Shown: piece after piece, positions 28,010 to 41,726 of the stretch
Layout: every line of letters begins with the position of its first letter
How positions within the stretch are numbered: position 1 is the first letter of the stretch
Source of the DNA: the human T2T-CHM13v2.0 reference genome, Homo sapiens
Strand: one strand, 5' to 3'
Assembly (NCBI RefSeq): GCF_009914755.1
Contig: NC_060947.1
DNA length: 64,000 nucleotides
The notes under the pieces: model-generated
Database searches by the model: none
Told to the model about the DNA's origin: nothing
Seen by the model: the letters and a program-made list of their open reading frames with translations, nothing else
Made by a program: the position numbers and the translations under genes

Positions 28010-28680
28010 TGTGGCAGTCCAGGCCTCACTAACAGCTGAGCAGGCAGGCCTCCGTAATAACTGTTTCAGCACTGACTGAGTGGTGAAGTTAAATATTAAA
28101 AGCTGAAAGAGCCAGTGTCCTTATACAAAGGCTAGAATGTAACAAAAGCCCATCAAGAGTTTTTTGCCCAGGCCTCTCCTGGGGCTTGAAGCATGACAAG
28201 ATTTTTAACAAAGGAATTCTTAACAGGACCCATTTAGGATTAAACAAGTTTTATTGGGGGTCTGAAGAAACTCCCCAGACCTCCACAAACAAGTTTTATT
28301 GGGGGTCTAAAATAGCTCCCCAAACCTCCATGATTTAGCAGGAGACAAGATAATGGTAATCACCCCAGTACCTGGACCCATTTAGATTAAGTCAACTTAC
28401 TGAAGCTCCAGAAGAAGGTCTTCAGGACTCAGACCTTAGTTATAGATTAGAAGAAGTTAATTACTTATGTCTTTAGAAGAATGCACACTTGCACATAGAC
28501 ATATAGATTAGAAGGTACATAGGCTCTGGAAAACTAATTTGGAGTTGGTCTAGCTGTATTTTCCAGGCCTTCTACCCGTACATGGTTACAGAAATAAACT
28601 CTCTTCTTTCTCAGTTCATCTGCAGCTCGTTATCGGGCCAGGAGAATAAGTAGCCCGACCCTTGGTTTGGTCCAGGAACA
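28010..28680 (+). mobile_element. ERV1-class solo LTR (family unassigned; same family as 41918-42539)
   Basis: TG...CA ends, aataaa, 4-bp TSD ATTC at 28006-28009 and 28681-28684. Confidence 0.9.
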
Positions 28681-28769
28681 ATTCTACTTTCTGTCTTTAT
28701 GAATTTGACTATGCTAGGTTCCTCAAATAAGTGGAATCCTACAATATTTGTCTTTGGAGGACTGGCTTA

Positions 28770-29165
28770 TGTTAGATCAAGTTTAGCCTAAAGCTGCCGC
28801 CTTACATATTTTAAGTTCGGCCTAAATGTTCTTCTGTACATCGTGAACTATAACAAGTGGAGGTGTAAACAGACGGTGGCCTACACTTAGCCAATCACCA
28901 AGTTTTGGCTAATCAAATTTATCCAACTGTTCGAACTGTGTTCAAATAAGGCAAACGCTGAGCTGTAACCAATCCACCTGTTTCTATACATCACTTCTGT
29001 TTTCTGTCCATCACTTTCCTTTTTCTGTCCATAAATCTTCTTCTACCACATGGCTGCACTGCAGTCTCAGAGCCTACGCTGGCTTGGGAGGCTGCCTGAT
29101 TTGTGACTTGTTCATTGCTCAATTAAACTCTTAAATGTAATGCAGCTGAAGTTTTTCTTTTATCA
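28770..29165 (+). mobile_element. MER57-type ERV1 solo LTR
   Basis: aagtttagcctaaagctgccgccttacatattttaagttcggcctaaa start. Confidence 0.88.
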
Positions 29166-29740
29166 CCCTTTTTCACTCAGCATAATGTCCTCAAGGTTCC
29201 TCTATGCTGTAGCCTGTGTCAGAATTCCCTTCTTTTGTATGGCTTTCATGGTTTGTCTAGACCATCATTTGCTTATCCATTCATCCACCAGTGGACATTT
29301 GTGTGGCTTCCATTTTTTGGTCATTGTGAATACCTCTGCTATGAACATGGGTGTGCAAACATCTGAGTCCCTGCTTTTAATGATTTTGGATATGTATCTT
29401 GAAGTGGAATTGCTGGATTATACGGTAATTCTGTTTTGGGGGGGAGTTTTGTAGCCTCCATACTGTTTTCCACAATGGCTGTGCTAATTCATGTGCCCAT
29501 CAACAATGCACAGGTGTTCCTAATTCTCCACATCTGTGCCAAATTCTCCACATCCATGCCAATACTTGTTATTTCCTGGGTGTTTTTTATTTGTTTTTCA
29601 TGTGTGTATGTGTGCTTGTGTGTGTATGTGTTTTATAGGACCTATCCTAATGAGTGTGAACTTTCACTGTTAAAGACTTTGTGCTCTTATACTTTATGTG
29701 TGAATGTATGTACATATGTTTGTATGTGTGTATGTAGGTA

Positions 29741-30039
29741 ATTTTCTTTTGAGACGGGGTCTTCCTCTGTTGCCCAGGTTGGAATACAGTGGTGCAACTA
29801 TAGCTCACTGCAGCCTTGACCTCCTGGGCTCAAGTGATCCTCCCACCTCAGCCTCCAAAGCAGCTGAGACTGCAGGCACACTCCACCACGTCTGGCTAAT
29901 TTTTTAATGTATATTTTTATTAAAGATGAGCTCTTGCTATGTTGCCCATGCTGGTCTCCAACTTCCAGGCTCAAGTGATCCTCCCACTGTGGCTTCCTAA
30001 AGTGCTGAGATTACAGGCATGAACCACCGTGCCTGGCCC
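29741..30039 (-). mobile_element. AluJ SINE
   Basis: Antisense J-type dimer. Confidence 0.92.
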
Positions 30040-30171
30040 ACTTTTAAGACCCTGGTAATGACATTGGAGCCCCCGGATAATTTTTCCATCTCAAGATCAG
30101 CTGATTAGCAGTGCTAATCTCATCTGCAATCTCCTTTTTAAGGCAGCACATTCACAGGTTCTAGAGATTAA

Positions 30172-30902
30172 TGATACGAACAGGAGGCAGGGAAATATTG
30201 GGTAGAAGAAGGTGGTTTCCCCAGCAAAAGTTCCCACCCTCAAGCCTGGAAACCCACGGCCCTAAATGTTACCTTTTGGCCTGCCACGCATCCCTATCCT
30301 GTACCCATATAAACCCCAAACCCCAGACTCCACGAGCAAATGAGCAGAGGAGCAAAAGTGCGGTAGAGAGGCATAGCAGAGAAGGAGAGAAGAGAAGGAG
30401 CATCTGAACGTTGAGAGGAGTGTGGCTGGGGACAGTCAGAGAGGAGATGGGCCATGGGACGGCCAAACTCCAGGGGAAGATCATCTTCCCACTCCAACCC
30501 CTTTGCAGCTCCCCATTCATCCCACTGAGAGCCACCTCCATCACTCAATAAAATCCCTGCATTCACCACCCTTCAAATCCATGTGACCTGATTCTTCCTG
30601 GACACTGGACAAGGACCTGGGTACCAAGAGGGCAGGGTGTAAAAGGCTGTCACCCTGACTCTCCATTGAGCTGGTTTAACACTTAGCTATCTGTGGACAG
30701 CAACTACTAAAAGAGTATTAATTGTAACACGCCCCCAGACACTATTGAGGGGCCGGAGCCCAGAAGTGTTCTCGTCGGCTCCTGCACCTGCCTGTCTGCA
30801 TGCTCTCCCTCCTATAAGGGGTTTGAGTGTGCAGTGGCCAAGCAAGCGAGCCACACCCCTGTCACAAGCCCTGCAGTGGGGTCAGGGAACTCTCCTGTTT
30901 CA
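30172..30902 (+). mobile_element. LTR1-family ERV1 solo LTR
   Basis: tgatacgaacaggaggcagggaaatattgggtagaag start; TSD TTAA at 30168-30171 and 30903-30906. Confidence 0.88.
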
Positions 30903-32176
30903 TTAAGATGTAGACATCTTTGGGGCCGTGATTCTCTAGGCCACACCTGATGATCTTCACTGCAGTAAAAACAAACTAGTAAAAGTTCACCACTCTGCTT
31001 AGTCTCAGGAATGCTCATAACATCTGTTTTCTTTTACCCAGACCCCCTTTCTACACATCTTGCAATTATCTTTCCTAATTCTGATTCATTCTTCAGGTCC
31101 CTGTCAACATGGCAATTTTTTGAAGGAGCCTCCCCTATGGTAACTTATCTCTGGCCATCTTGAAAAGCCCCCTGTGTTTTCAGTTAGAACCTTGAGGAAG
31201 ATTCCTGATAATGGTCTCCTAGCTCCTGACAGCACAGCTGAAGGTATTTTTCTTCTTGAGGGAACCGATAAGATTAATAGACTGTCATTCTCAAGTGAAG
31301 GTCTCTGACTCCCTTGGAGGTAATGAACAGTGAGTGCATGTGCAGAAAGAAGCACATGCTATGTGTAGAAACCTCACCTGAGAGTGTGTTTGTTTGCGTT
31401 TACATGTCTGCTACAGAGATAGGTAGGAATCTGCTCCTCAATGACCCAAAGGAGGTAAGATAATTATAACTGGACACCAACATGGATTCATTTGGACTGC
31501 CTGGGGGAAAAGCGATATATAATTGGTAAGAACGCCTCTCTCGGTATGTTAAATTAGTTGATATATATAAAAGGCAATATTTCTTCTGTCTATCCTCATG
31601 GCATGCCAGACACTTGAGGCCGGGGGTCCAGTATGATTTCAAAGTTTTTTAAAAAGGAGGTATACAGTGAGGGAGTTCTTACATGTGTTGGATATTGGCA
31701 ATGCATTTTATAGAATTACCGAAAGGTGCTTTTCCCATATGGTGCTACTGAAAATGAAAGAGAACCTGGGAGATTCTCTTTCAGAGAATCAGAAATCGGA
31801 CAAACCTGTACGGTGGCAGATCCTAAAACAAGCATGGCATTGACTAGATCATTATTAATGTTGATGTTTCCAGAACTCTCTCTCTTGAATATTTGATGTA
31901 TTGTACTGTTCTGGATTTTGGTAATTGTCACATCTCTGGATTTGTGCAGTTTTTGCTTTGCAGTAGGCAGAAGGGTATTTGTTCAGAGAAGAAAGAAAAC
32001 AGAGAGGAGTGGAGGGAGAGGGAGAAAGGAAAGGAAGTAATATTACAGAAAGAAGAAATAGATACATCCCGAGTAATGAGAAAAGAAGGAATCTAACCCT
32101 GTAGCGTACTATGCACTCTGGAATAATAGATTTTGAAAATGCATTATTTTAAAACACCACCGTGATGCTATTCAGG

Positions 32177-32397
32177 CAGTGCTTCTCAATTGGAGGCAAT
32201 TTTGTGCCTCTGCCCGGGTCATTTGATGTCTGGAGGCATTTTTCTTTGTCATTATTGGGGGCAAGGGGAGGAGAGCTACCGGCATCTAGTTGATAGGTGG
32301 TAGACGCTGCTAAACATTCTACAAAGCACAGGATAGCCCCCACCACAAAGAATGATCAGAATTCAAATGTCAAAAGGGCCAAGGCTGAGAAACCATG
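32177..32397 (+). mobile_element. MER20 hAT DNA transposon
   Basis: cagtgcttctcaa...gctgctaaacattctaca...gctgagaaaccatg. Confidence 0.9.
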
Positions 32398-32974
32398 GAT
32401 TAATGATGGGTTTTTTTTTTTTTTTTTTTTTTGTGAAAGCTGAAAGATTTCCTTTGCTGCTTTGACACTTTTAAAGCATCTTTTAAAGGCATTCTTCTGG
32501 CCATCAGATGTTATCTAAGCACTGTTAGCAGCTGATTTGTTACTTTTGATGTAGTTATCAGTTTTCCAAAGTGCCAGTAAGACAGAATATTTAGTTAATA
32601 GGAATAAATGGATGTGTCTACAGTATGAGATGATTTTTTTTTTAATTTTTGTTACTGTGGTAGTTATATGAACAAAATGTCCATCAGACCTAATATTTAG
32701 TGTCTAGGAATAAGTGAATATTTGGTTTCTAATCATAAACATATTAACTATGTCTCATATGTAATGTAAATGTACAAATCTTGAGATCTCCTATAAAATT
32801 GATTTTAACATAGTTTTATTAGTTTCTCATACTCAGCCAAATAAAACTAATTCTGAAAAAGAAGTTTTAAATAATACAGGTTGCATTAAGCACTTGTCAA
32901 AGTCAAAGACAATCCCCTCTTTTGGTGAAACTTGATTTTTTTCGTTTTACAATTACCAAATGAGGCAGAACTTT

Positions 32975-33735
32975 TGATATGGGCAGGAGACAGGGGAATA
33001 TTGGGTAGAAGAGGGTGGCTCCCTGGCAAAGGCCCCACCCTCAAGTCTGGAAACCTGAGGCCCTAAATAGGAATAGGCATTCCTGTTTTTGTGCCCAAAA
33101 GTTGCTTTTTGGTCCACCATGCCCCCCTATCCTGTACCCATATAAACCTCAAACCCTGGGCTCCACAAGCAGACAGGAAGCTGAACAGAAGAGCAGAAGA
33201 AAGACAGATGGCACGGCAGGGAGAAGAGGAGCATCTGAATGTCAAGAGGAGTTCAGCTGGGCATAATTGGAGAGGAGATTGGCCGTGGGACAGCCAAACT
33301 CCAGGGGAAGATCATCTTCCCACTCCAACCCCTTTCCAGCTTCCCATCTATCCCCCTGAGAGTCACTTCCACCGCTCAATAAAATCCCCACATTCACCAT
33401 ACTTCAAGTCCATTTAACCCGATTCTTCCTGGATGCCGGACAAGGACCCGAGTACCAAGAGGGCAGGGTGTAAAAGGCTGTCATCCTGACTCTCCACTGA
33501 GCTGGTTTAACACTTAGGTGCCAAAGGCAGCAACTGCTTAAAAGAGCATTAATTGTAACATACTCTTAGATGCTACCGTGGGGCTGGAGCCCAAAAACAC
33601 TCGCCCTGGCTTCTGTACCCGCTCACCTGCATGCACCTCCTCTCCCGTAAGGGGTTTGAGCATGCAGCAGCTGAGCAAATGAGCCACACCCCTGTCACAA
33701 ATCCCTCGAGGGGGTCAGGGGACTCTTCCGTTCCA
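32975..33735 (+). mobile_element. LTR1-family ERV1 solo LTR
   Basis: Homologous to 30172-30902; TG...CA ends. Confidence 0.88.
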
Positions 33736-34269
33736 AAAACATGAATAAATCCATCACTTATTTGTTTAAGTATCTGTTCCATTCACTCAATTGAACTACT
33801 ATTTAAAAAAAACTAGGTCAATATTACCATACCACTTTCTACCCTTAGCTTGCAATATTTCTTCCTTTATTCTACATCACTGTTCTTTCAAAAAAAAAAA
33901 ACTGGTAAAAAAAAATCATTAAATATATGCTGAGATTCGATCTATGATGCTTAAGGTCTTCAATGGGGAATTCAACTGAAGTTCTCTGAACACATCTCTT
34001 GACTTTAATTCATGAAAGCTGCTTTTGTTTTGGCTTAACTGAGTATATTTGAAATTTAGGCCACTTTTTTCTTCCATTCTTTGTGTTTTTCTTTTTGTTG
34101 TTCTGTTGTTACTGTTGTTATTTTGTTTTGAAGAAATAGACCAGACATAAGTGATTCCAGACTTGAAAACAGACTCTTGCAAACAATGTGTATAGTTGAG
34201 TAACTCAGCTCGAATTAATTCAATGGAATTCACATTAACAATAATTAGAGAAGGTAATATACATTTATA

Positions 34270-34368
34270 TTAAATTTTGATAGTATAAAATTTATAGTGT
34301 AGTATAGTATAAATTTTATAGTATAAAATTTATAGTATAGTATATAGTATAAAATTATATAGTATAGT
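34270..34368. repeat. Degenerate tagtataaaattta tandem repeat
   Basis: About 4-5 visible copies. Confidence 0.8.
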
Positions 34369-34556
34369 CCTCCTCCTTTTCTTTAACCTTATAATGTGCC
34401 ACTCCCTGCCTACTGGTATATGACAGATATGAGGTGTCATTTGTAAGCAGTATAACCTCGTGAACATATCAGTCAACAAGTAATCCAGCAAGCTCTGTTC
34501 TAGTGTTTGGGTTAAAAGAAGAACTGAGAAAACGAGTAAGATAAAACTCTGATTTA

Positions 34557-35506
34557 GGGAGATACAAACTTACAGCTAGATAGGAAGACTACTTTTGGCT
34601 GTTGTATGCCACTGTAATGAAACTGCTTTGCAAAAATTTTATCAGTGAGAAAATTATAAGCATAGAAGCCATCCAAGCTAACCCACCCCCATCCTGCCTT
34701 TCCCTTAATTATTCCTGGGCTATTGGGCCAGACTAACTTTGGAAGACAGTTAGGCTATAGTTTGTGTAATAGGGCTTGCCCAAAATTCAACGACTTTTGT
34801 AAAGCTAAAGGGAGTCCATCAGGCTGAGGGGAGTAGAGGAGCCTGATTCTGCTAAGATGTAGACATACATTGCTGGCAATTCCTGAGGATAACACTACTA
34901 TCCTAGTCTGGTCTTTTGAGATCTCGTTTCAGGTATCTTTGCATGTCTGACACCCATGGCTACACCTGGACCAACTCTACTTCTGTGGCCCCACCCAGAA
35001 GCCGTTCAGCTCACAGGAGGACAGATTTCCTCTAGGATTTCAGCTCCACCCCCAACAAGTCAGCAACAAGCCTAACCATTCCCACCCCTTCCCCCAAACT
35101 GCCTTTGAAAAACCCCTAACCTACAAGCTTTGGAGCTTCGGATGAGATGATTTGAGTACTAAGTTGGTCCCCTATGTGGTGTGGCTGGCCTTGTGCGTAT
35201 TTATACTCTTTCTTTACTGAAATGCCATAGTCCTTATTTGCACAGCAGGCAGAAAGGACCCCTCAGGCAGCTACAGTAGAATAACTATAGTTAATAATAA
35301 TATATATTATCAAATAGCTAGAAGGAGGATATTAAATGGTCCCAACACAAAGAAATCATAAATGTTTGAGATGATGGATATGCTAATTACCTTTATCTGA
35401 CCACTATACATTATATTATCACAACATCATGTACAAGAATATGTACAATTTTTATGTGAGTTGAAAAAAATTTAAAAAAAATTAATAAACAATTAAAAAC
35501 AAAAAA
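34557..35506 (+). mobile_element. L1MA-type 3' end split by an LTR
   Basis: gatacaaacttacagctagatagg / cccaacacaaagaaat...aaatgtttgagatgatggatatgctaattacc. Confidence 0.85.
34618..35275 (+). mobile_element. LTR26/LTR8-group ERV1 solo LTR
   Basis: tgaaactgctttgcaaaaa start, ctaca end, near-TSD gtaa/gtag. Confidence 0.8.
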
Positions 35507-36564
35507 CCTCTGACTCAGACCATCCCTGAGAAGGGGTCTTAGGCTCCAAAACATAGGCAAAATCTTTTCAAATGTATGTACTTTGTTATGTATTTGGAAG
35601 AGGAAGTCACTTGACTAAAAGGTTTGGGAAGTCTTCATTAAGGAAATTAAATATACACTCGATTACAAAAGACCAAGTCAAAATTAGCTTTATAGTCAAG
35701 AGGAGGAAGAGTATTTCGGGAAAAGGGACGAGCTTGTACAAACAGTTCTGTTGTGAAATCAGATTGTATAATTCGGGGGTGATAAGAAGTACACTTTGTA
35801 ATGAAAATGCACATCTTCATTTGCAAGAGTACAGGCATTCATAGGTTAAAGATTTTTCACATGTCAGTACCTAAAGATTTCCCCATTGTAGACCAACTTT
35901 AAAGTATGGTCTTAGTGTCAATTTAAGGTAATTGGAACAAAACAAATTCCATAGAGCTAAGTGCTGCTTTATATACTCACATCCTCGGGCATTGCTGAAT
36001 TTTGTAGAGTGTAGTCGGGTTGCTTACCAAGAGAGTAAAAAACATTATTAGATGCTAAAAAATCCTAGAATAAAAATTATGATGCCTAAGCCTAATGAAA
36101 GTTGTTTTTCTTCATATTTCTTATTTGTTTTGAGATCACTTTCTTTCTCCCTTTTTTTTGCTTCTGCTGTGTTAAGGATTCATTTTTAAAAACCGGTGGC
36201 TTTGCTTTTAAGGTGTATGAGTAGCCCATGCAAAAACTCAAAAGATTATCTTCTGTATCGTCATAGATCAAAATATGACAGGGACAAATCAAATAGTGAT
36301 GCATATCAATAAATATGAAACACAAGCCAGGATGTTCAACAAATTAGAAAAGTGAATATTAAAAAAGAATACAAAGATATTGCTCTTCCCACTGTGAAGT
36401 GAACGTCTCTACCTAACATCGAACTCTTTTATTTCTGACAATTACCAATCTAAGGACTGGTGTGAAAAGGACATTTTAAATGAAATTACAGTTAATAGAA
36501 TTGAATCAATTACTCTTAAATATTTTTTACTAAAATAAAATACTGGACACACTTCATCTTTAGT

Positions 36565-37620
36565 GTTTATTTATATATATGTTATATATTATATATGTAG
36601 CATATGATATATACAGCCTATAACATATATCTTATATAACCTAAAACATATTATATAATACATAATAATATATATTTCATGTGTTATTATATATAAGCCT
36701 AATGATTGTATATTATTATTATATATAACATATATGTTATATATAACATAATGTAATTATTGTATATGCAATATATAAGCCTATTTATATAACACTGTGT
36801 ATATATAATGTGTATATACACTGTGTAATATATATGAAATATATATTACATATAGTAATATAGTAATAGATTTTATAAAACTGCTGTCAAAATTGTGTTT
36901 GTGACATGCACGTAATTCTATGAGAAGTAATACAGTAATATATAACATATTTCATGTGTTATATGGTATATATGATTACATATGATTATATATCATTATA
37001 TATTACCTATAACATGTTATATACATGTTATATTGCATATATAATACATAACATATGTCATGTAATATATTTCATATGTTATATGTTATATATAATAACT
37101 TGATTATATTATATATTATATAAATCCATAAGTATACAATAAATAATATAACAGCATATGATATGTATGCTATATAATATAATGTGATATATATTATATA
37201 TGTTGTCATATATTATCTATACTATAGAATATAATATATTTCATATATATAATATATTTCATGTTATTAAATAGTATATATAATATATGGCAACGTATAT
37301 AAAACATATATGTTATACAGCAAGTTAATATATCATATGTTATATCATTTATTATATACTTATATATTTATAGTATACTATATATTATACAGTATGTTAA
37401 TATGTATTTATAATATATAAATATATATTATATAGTATATATTATGACATATGATATGTATTATATATTATATAATACAGTATATACTATATTATAAATA
37501 TTTATATATAATATGTATAATTTATATTATATATGTTATATGTCATATATTATATTTTATGTTACATGTTATTTTATATGTTATATACAGTTATATTATG
37601 ATCACATATGTGTGTGTGTG
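36565..37620. repeat. TA-rich low-complexity tract of about 1 kb
   Basis: Direct composition; contains an embedded 64-bp complex insert. Confidence 0.92.
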
Positions 37621-38645
37621 CATGTTCACACGTGTCATTAGTTGCTGTGTCATTTTTATCAATAAAGGTAACTAATTTTTAATTTTGAGGATTCTCTATA
37701 TACCAGAACATCACCATATAACCCAAGTTTATTAGTGTGTTTTCCCTTACACCAGTTTCAAGGCAAACCAACTGTAATACAGAATTACTACATGTGTTCC
37801 CAAATTAACTCACTGGTGAATTTTTACTGCCAAATCAATGTAGAAAAGAGTCTATTTATCACAATTCCTACTCCTTATGTAACGATGCTCTTGACAACGA
37901 AGCCCTTTGGGATGACCTTGAAACACACACACACGCTCACCATTTAGAATATGTGTGAGGGTCGGGATCCTGTGATTGCAAATAGATTTTATAAAATTGC
38001 TGTCAAAATTGTGTTTGTAACATACACATAATTCTATGAGAAGTGTATTTGCTTGTGGATTAACCATTCTAAAGCACCCAGTCTAAAAGCAAAATGTTAC
38101 ATCTCAAACAAGTAATTCAGTGCTATAAAACTAAAGTCTGTATAAAATGAAAATTTTGAAATATTTCTTGCAACATTGGGTTCAATAAAAATAAATACAG
38201 ACTCATAAAAACCAAAAACAAAACAGGGACCAATCCCTGCAAGGCATTTAAAATAAGATTATGTGTTAATATTGATTTCATGGGAAATGTAACTGCTATA
38301 TTCCGTATCATAGTTTTGTAATTCATAATGCTACTAAACGCATTTGTTTTCTTGAACGCTACATGTTCAAGTCAAAACTTAGATATAAAAGTTTTAAATT
38401 CATTACAAAACACATTATTTCTGGTGAGAAGCATTAAGCAATTGACTAACATTGCTAGAGAATTCTATATTTTATTCTAACTCCAAAGTGTGCTTGATCT
38501 CAACTGCTGGATGTCAAGGTATACATTAAACAGAACAGCAACAACAACAAAAAACTAGGCATTAGTGAAAGCATGGTTAAATATTATCTCAAATTTTGGA
38601 TCAAAATTTTCAAAATACCCAATTGAAGGAAATTTTTATCCATGT

Positions 38646-39161
38646 TGTGTTAGTCACGGTTCTCTAGAGGGACAGAACTAATAAGACGGATGTATATATA
38701 AAGCGTTCATTAAAGAGTATTTCCTCACACAATCACAAGGTGAGGTCCCACAATAGGCTGTCTGCAAGCTGAGGAAGAAGGAAGCCAGTCGGAGTCCCAA
38801 AACATCAAAAGTAGTGAAGCCGACAGCGCAGCCTTCAGTCTGTGGTCGAAGGTCCAACAGTCCCAAAGCTGAAGAACTTGGAGTCCGATGTTCAAGGGCG
38901 GGAAGCCTGCTGCATGGGAGAAAGATGGACACCAGAAGACTTAACTAGTCTAGTCTTTTCACGTTCTTCTGCCTGCTATTTATTCTGGCCATGCAGGCAA
39001 CCGATTAGATGGTGCCCACCCAGATTGAGGGTGGGTCTGCCTCTCCCAGTCCACTGACTCAAATGTTAATCTCCTTTGACGCCACCCTCACAGAAACACC
39101 CAAGAACAATACTTTGCCTCCTTCAATCCAATCAAGTTGACACTCAATATTGACCACTGCA
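38646..39161 (-). mobile_element. MLT2A (HERV-L) solo LTR
   Basis: ggttctctagagggacagaactaata...ccttcaatccaatcaagttgacactcaatatt. Confidence 0.92.
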
Positions 39162-40521
39162 TATGAGTACACTGCAAACCTAGTCATATTGAACAGTTCA
39201 ACTTCTTAAAATAATTAGATTACATTTCAAGAAATACCATATAGATTTCAAATTTGAGAATTTGCTGTGTGCATTTACAACACATGAAGCCATAAATATT
39301 TATTTTAACATCTAATAGGGACAGTTTCTGCACATGGAAATATCTGGAAAACTTACTACGCGGGTGGCAAGCCATCAGTGCCGAGGTGAGCCTTATTAAT
39401 AAGAAAACATAAACCTGGAAAAGAGTCAAATACTTCATTACACAACCTTGTGATGGAGACTAGAAATGATCTCAACAGGACAGTTCTCAGAGTCTACACC
39501 TTTTGATTTAGTCTCCTTAAGAGAGGAATATTTCGAGTAAATTCAATTTTCAAGTTTCTTCATTTGCATGCTTTCAGACGGAAATTCTGCCCCTAAAAGA
39601 CTAATAGAAATTATTAAGTCTCATTGTCATTGACTGATTGTTATTGCGAAGAGAGTCATTTTTCTTTTTCTATGATCTTTTAGGGCCTTGCAGGGTGGTA
39701 GGTGGGGCATGCAGTCTCTCTAAGAGGAATTTACAGAACTCCTATTGGTATCTTGATTGGAGCTATAAATAATATAGAATATGGGATGATAAATATTCAA
39801 AATGAGCTCCAGATATTTATATTTCCAGCCTGACCTTGTTCGAAGCCTTTGAAAGTCAACATTTTTCTTTCCCCCAGGGCCAGAGGGGAGCAGGAACCTG
39901 TTACTGATGGATAAATCCAGCAGTGCCTAAGTGCAAGAAAAGCACATCTCCCTTAAGAAAGGTGCTCAATTTATTTCTCTTGGTGTGTGGATCCCAATTT
40001 CCAGGGTGATATCCATTTGCCCCCCATTCTGTTTGTTTTCTTTGTCATCATACCTTGTTTACGGAGAAGACTAATGACAAAAAAGCAACGGCATTTTTTT
40101 TTATGGCATCACCCCAGGTTAACAGTTCAATTTTACATCATTTTGATGGGTGAGTCAACGCAAGAGCTGAACTTCCTCGCAGCGTTCTTCATGCTTCTTA
40201 GCTTTACTTTGTTTGGGGTTTTGGAGGGTTATTTTTATTGTTGTTTATGGAAAAATCTGAAAAGACATTGTATAAACTTGTCTTGGATTTCTACCGGGCA
40301 AGGGTCATCAAAAACTTCAGTAAGTACCGAAAGTGAGAACCATACTGTATTGAAATTCATCTCATGTTGGATCTCATCCCATCTTGCAAGCAATATTGTG
40401 GCCAGGAATTAGGATGTTCCATTCTCCTCATTGCATGTTTCTAATCCACTAATTCATAGCTCAACTTGACAGTCATTTTTGATGTCTGAGAAGGTTGTAC
40501 CTTGTATACCTTTTTATCATG

Positions 40522-40608
40522 ATGGAGAGATATTGGAGAGGTATCATGGTGAGGTATCGTGGTGAGAGATATCATGGTGAGATATTATGGGGAGATATCA
40601 CGGTGGAG
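40522..40608. repeat. Degenerate 13-15 bp minisatellite (ggtgagatatcat)
   Basis: About six visible units. Confidence 0.8.
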
Positions 40609-41670
40609 ACATGGCCTCAGAAAGCCAGCTTGCAAGGTAAGTCTTTAGTTGGCTCCTGAAAACTTAGATTTCAGGTATGTTCTCGCTCTTTCCTAAGTGA
40701 TAAGAGTGGCTCACGATGCCTCAAGAGTTAGTACACACAATGTGGTTCACATTGGGTGCCTGAAATTTCCTTCTGGGAGTCTGGAATTTTGGGATGTGCT
40801 AGGTAGAAGGTACCTATACAATCAGACACTGAAAAGAGCTTTGAGCACTGATCCTTTATGAGCTTCCTTGATAGACAACATTTTTGCATGTGTTATCAAA
40901 ATTCAATACCAGAAAAAGTTAGCACGTCTACAGAGAGGACTCTGGGAAGCTTGCACCTAATTTTCTCTGGTGCAGTGAAGCATGTATCTTTTAAAAATTT
41001 TTTTAATTTTAAATTGTTAATTTTTGTTTTTAATTTTTTAACTTCTATTTTAAGGGTTCAGGATACATGTGCAGGTTTGTTCCATAGGTAAATTGCATGC
41101 TGTGGGGGTTTGGTGTACAGATTACTGCCTCACTCAGGTGATAAGCATAGTACCCCATAAGTTGTTTTTGTTTGTTTGTTTTTGTTTTTCTCCTTTCTTT
41201 CACCTTCTACCCTCAAGTAGGCCCCAGCGTTGGATGTTCCCATCTTTGTGTCCATGTGTTCTCAACTTTACTGTTTTGTTTTAAATTATGAATCTAAAAT
41301 TAAAAAAATGTTTAGCTCCCACTTATAAGTGATAACATGCAGTATTTGGATTTCTGTTACTGTGCTAGTTTGCTTAGGATTACAGCCCCCAGCTCCATCC
41401 ATGTTGCTGCAAAGAACATAATCTTATTCTTTTTTATGGCTGCATAGTTTTCCATGGTGTGTGTATATGCAACACATTTTCTTTATCCAGTCTACTGTTG
41501 ATGGGCATTTAGGTTGGTTCTATGATTTTGCTATTGTGAATAGTTGTAAGCATCTTTTCTTTCGTCTGATTTTGTGTTCTGCCATTTGCTGTGATAAATC
41601 ATAGCTATGAATAGAACTGCACGAGGAGTTCTCACAGTGAATCATCAAATCTGGTGGTGATAGGAGCACA
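40600..41670 (+). mobile_element. MER68/MER77-like LTR split by L1
   Basis: tttccttctgggagtctggaattttgg, tgagcttccttgatagacaaca, tgtgataaatcatagc motifs. Confidence 0.7.
40990..41545 (-). mobile_element. L1PA16/L1PB-type 3' end
   Basis: gatacatgtgcaggtttgtt...tttagctcccacttataagtg...tttgctattgtgaatag. Confidence 0.9.
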
Positions 41671-41726
41671 TATTTTCAGGCAAGAAAATCACTTCTGAAT
41701 ACTCACTATGTCCTCAGTCATCTTTT

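Larger units (their letters stand above)
27850..29670 (-). mobile_element. L1MB-type 3' region interrupted by two LTRs
   Basis: cacctccagaag...tttatgaatttgact...gctatgaacatgggtgtgcaaacatct. Confidence 0.85.

Noticed and set aside
30172-33735. Two direct LTR1 copies as the ends of a deleted provirus
   Set aside because: The first has its own TSD and the spacer holds older MLT1/MER20 sequence with no gag/pol remnant
39987-40412. 141-aa hydrophobic ORF
   Set aside because: GTG start; hydrophobicity follows T-rich composition; no known family
40522-40608. Short repeats as a CRISPR-like array
   Set aside because: Degenerate tandem units without unique spacers, no cas genes, primate DNA
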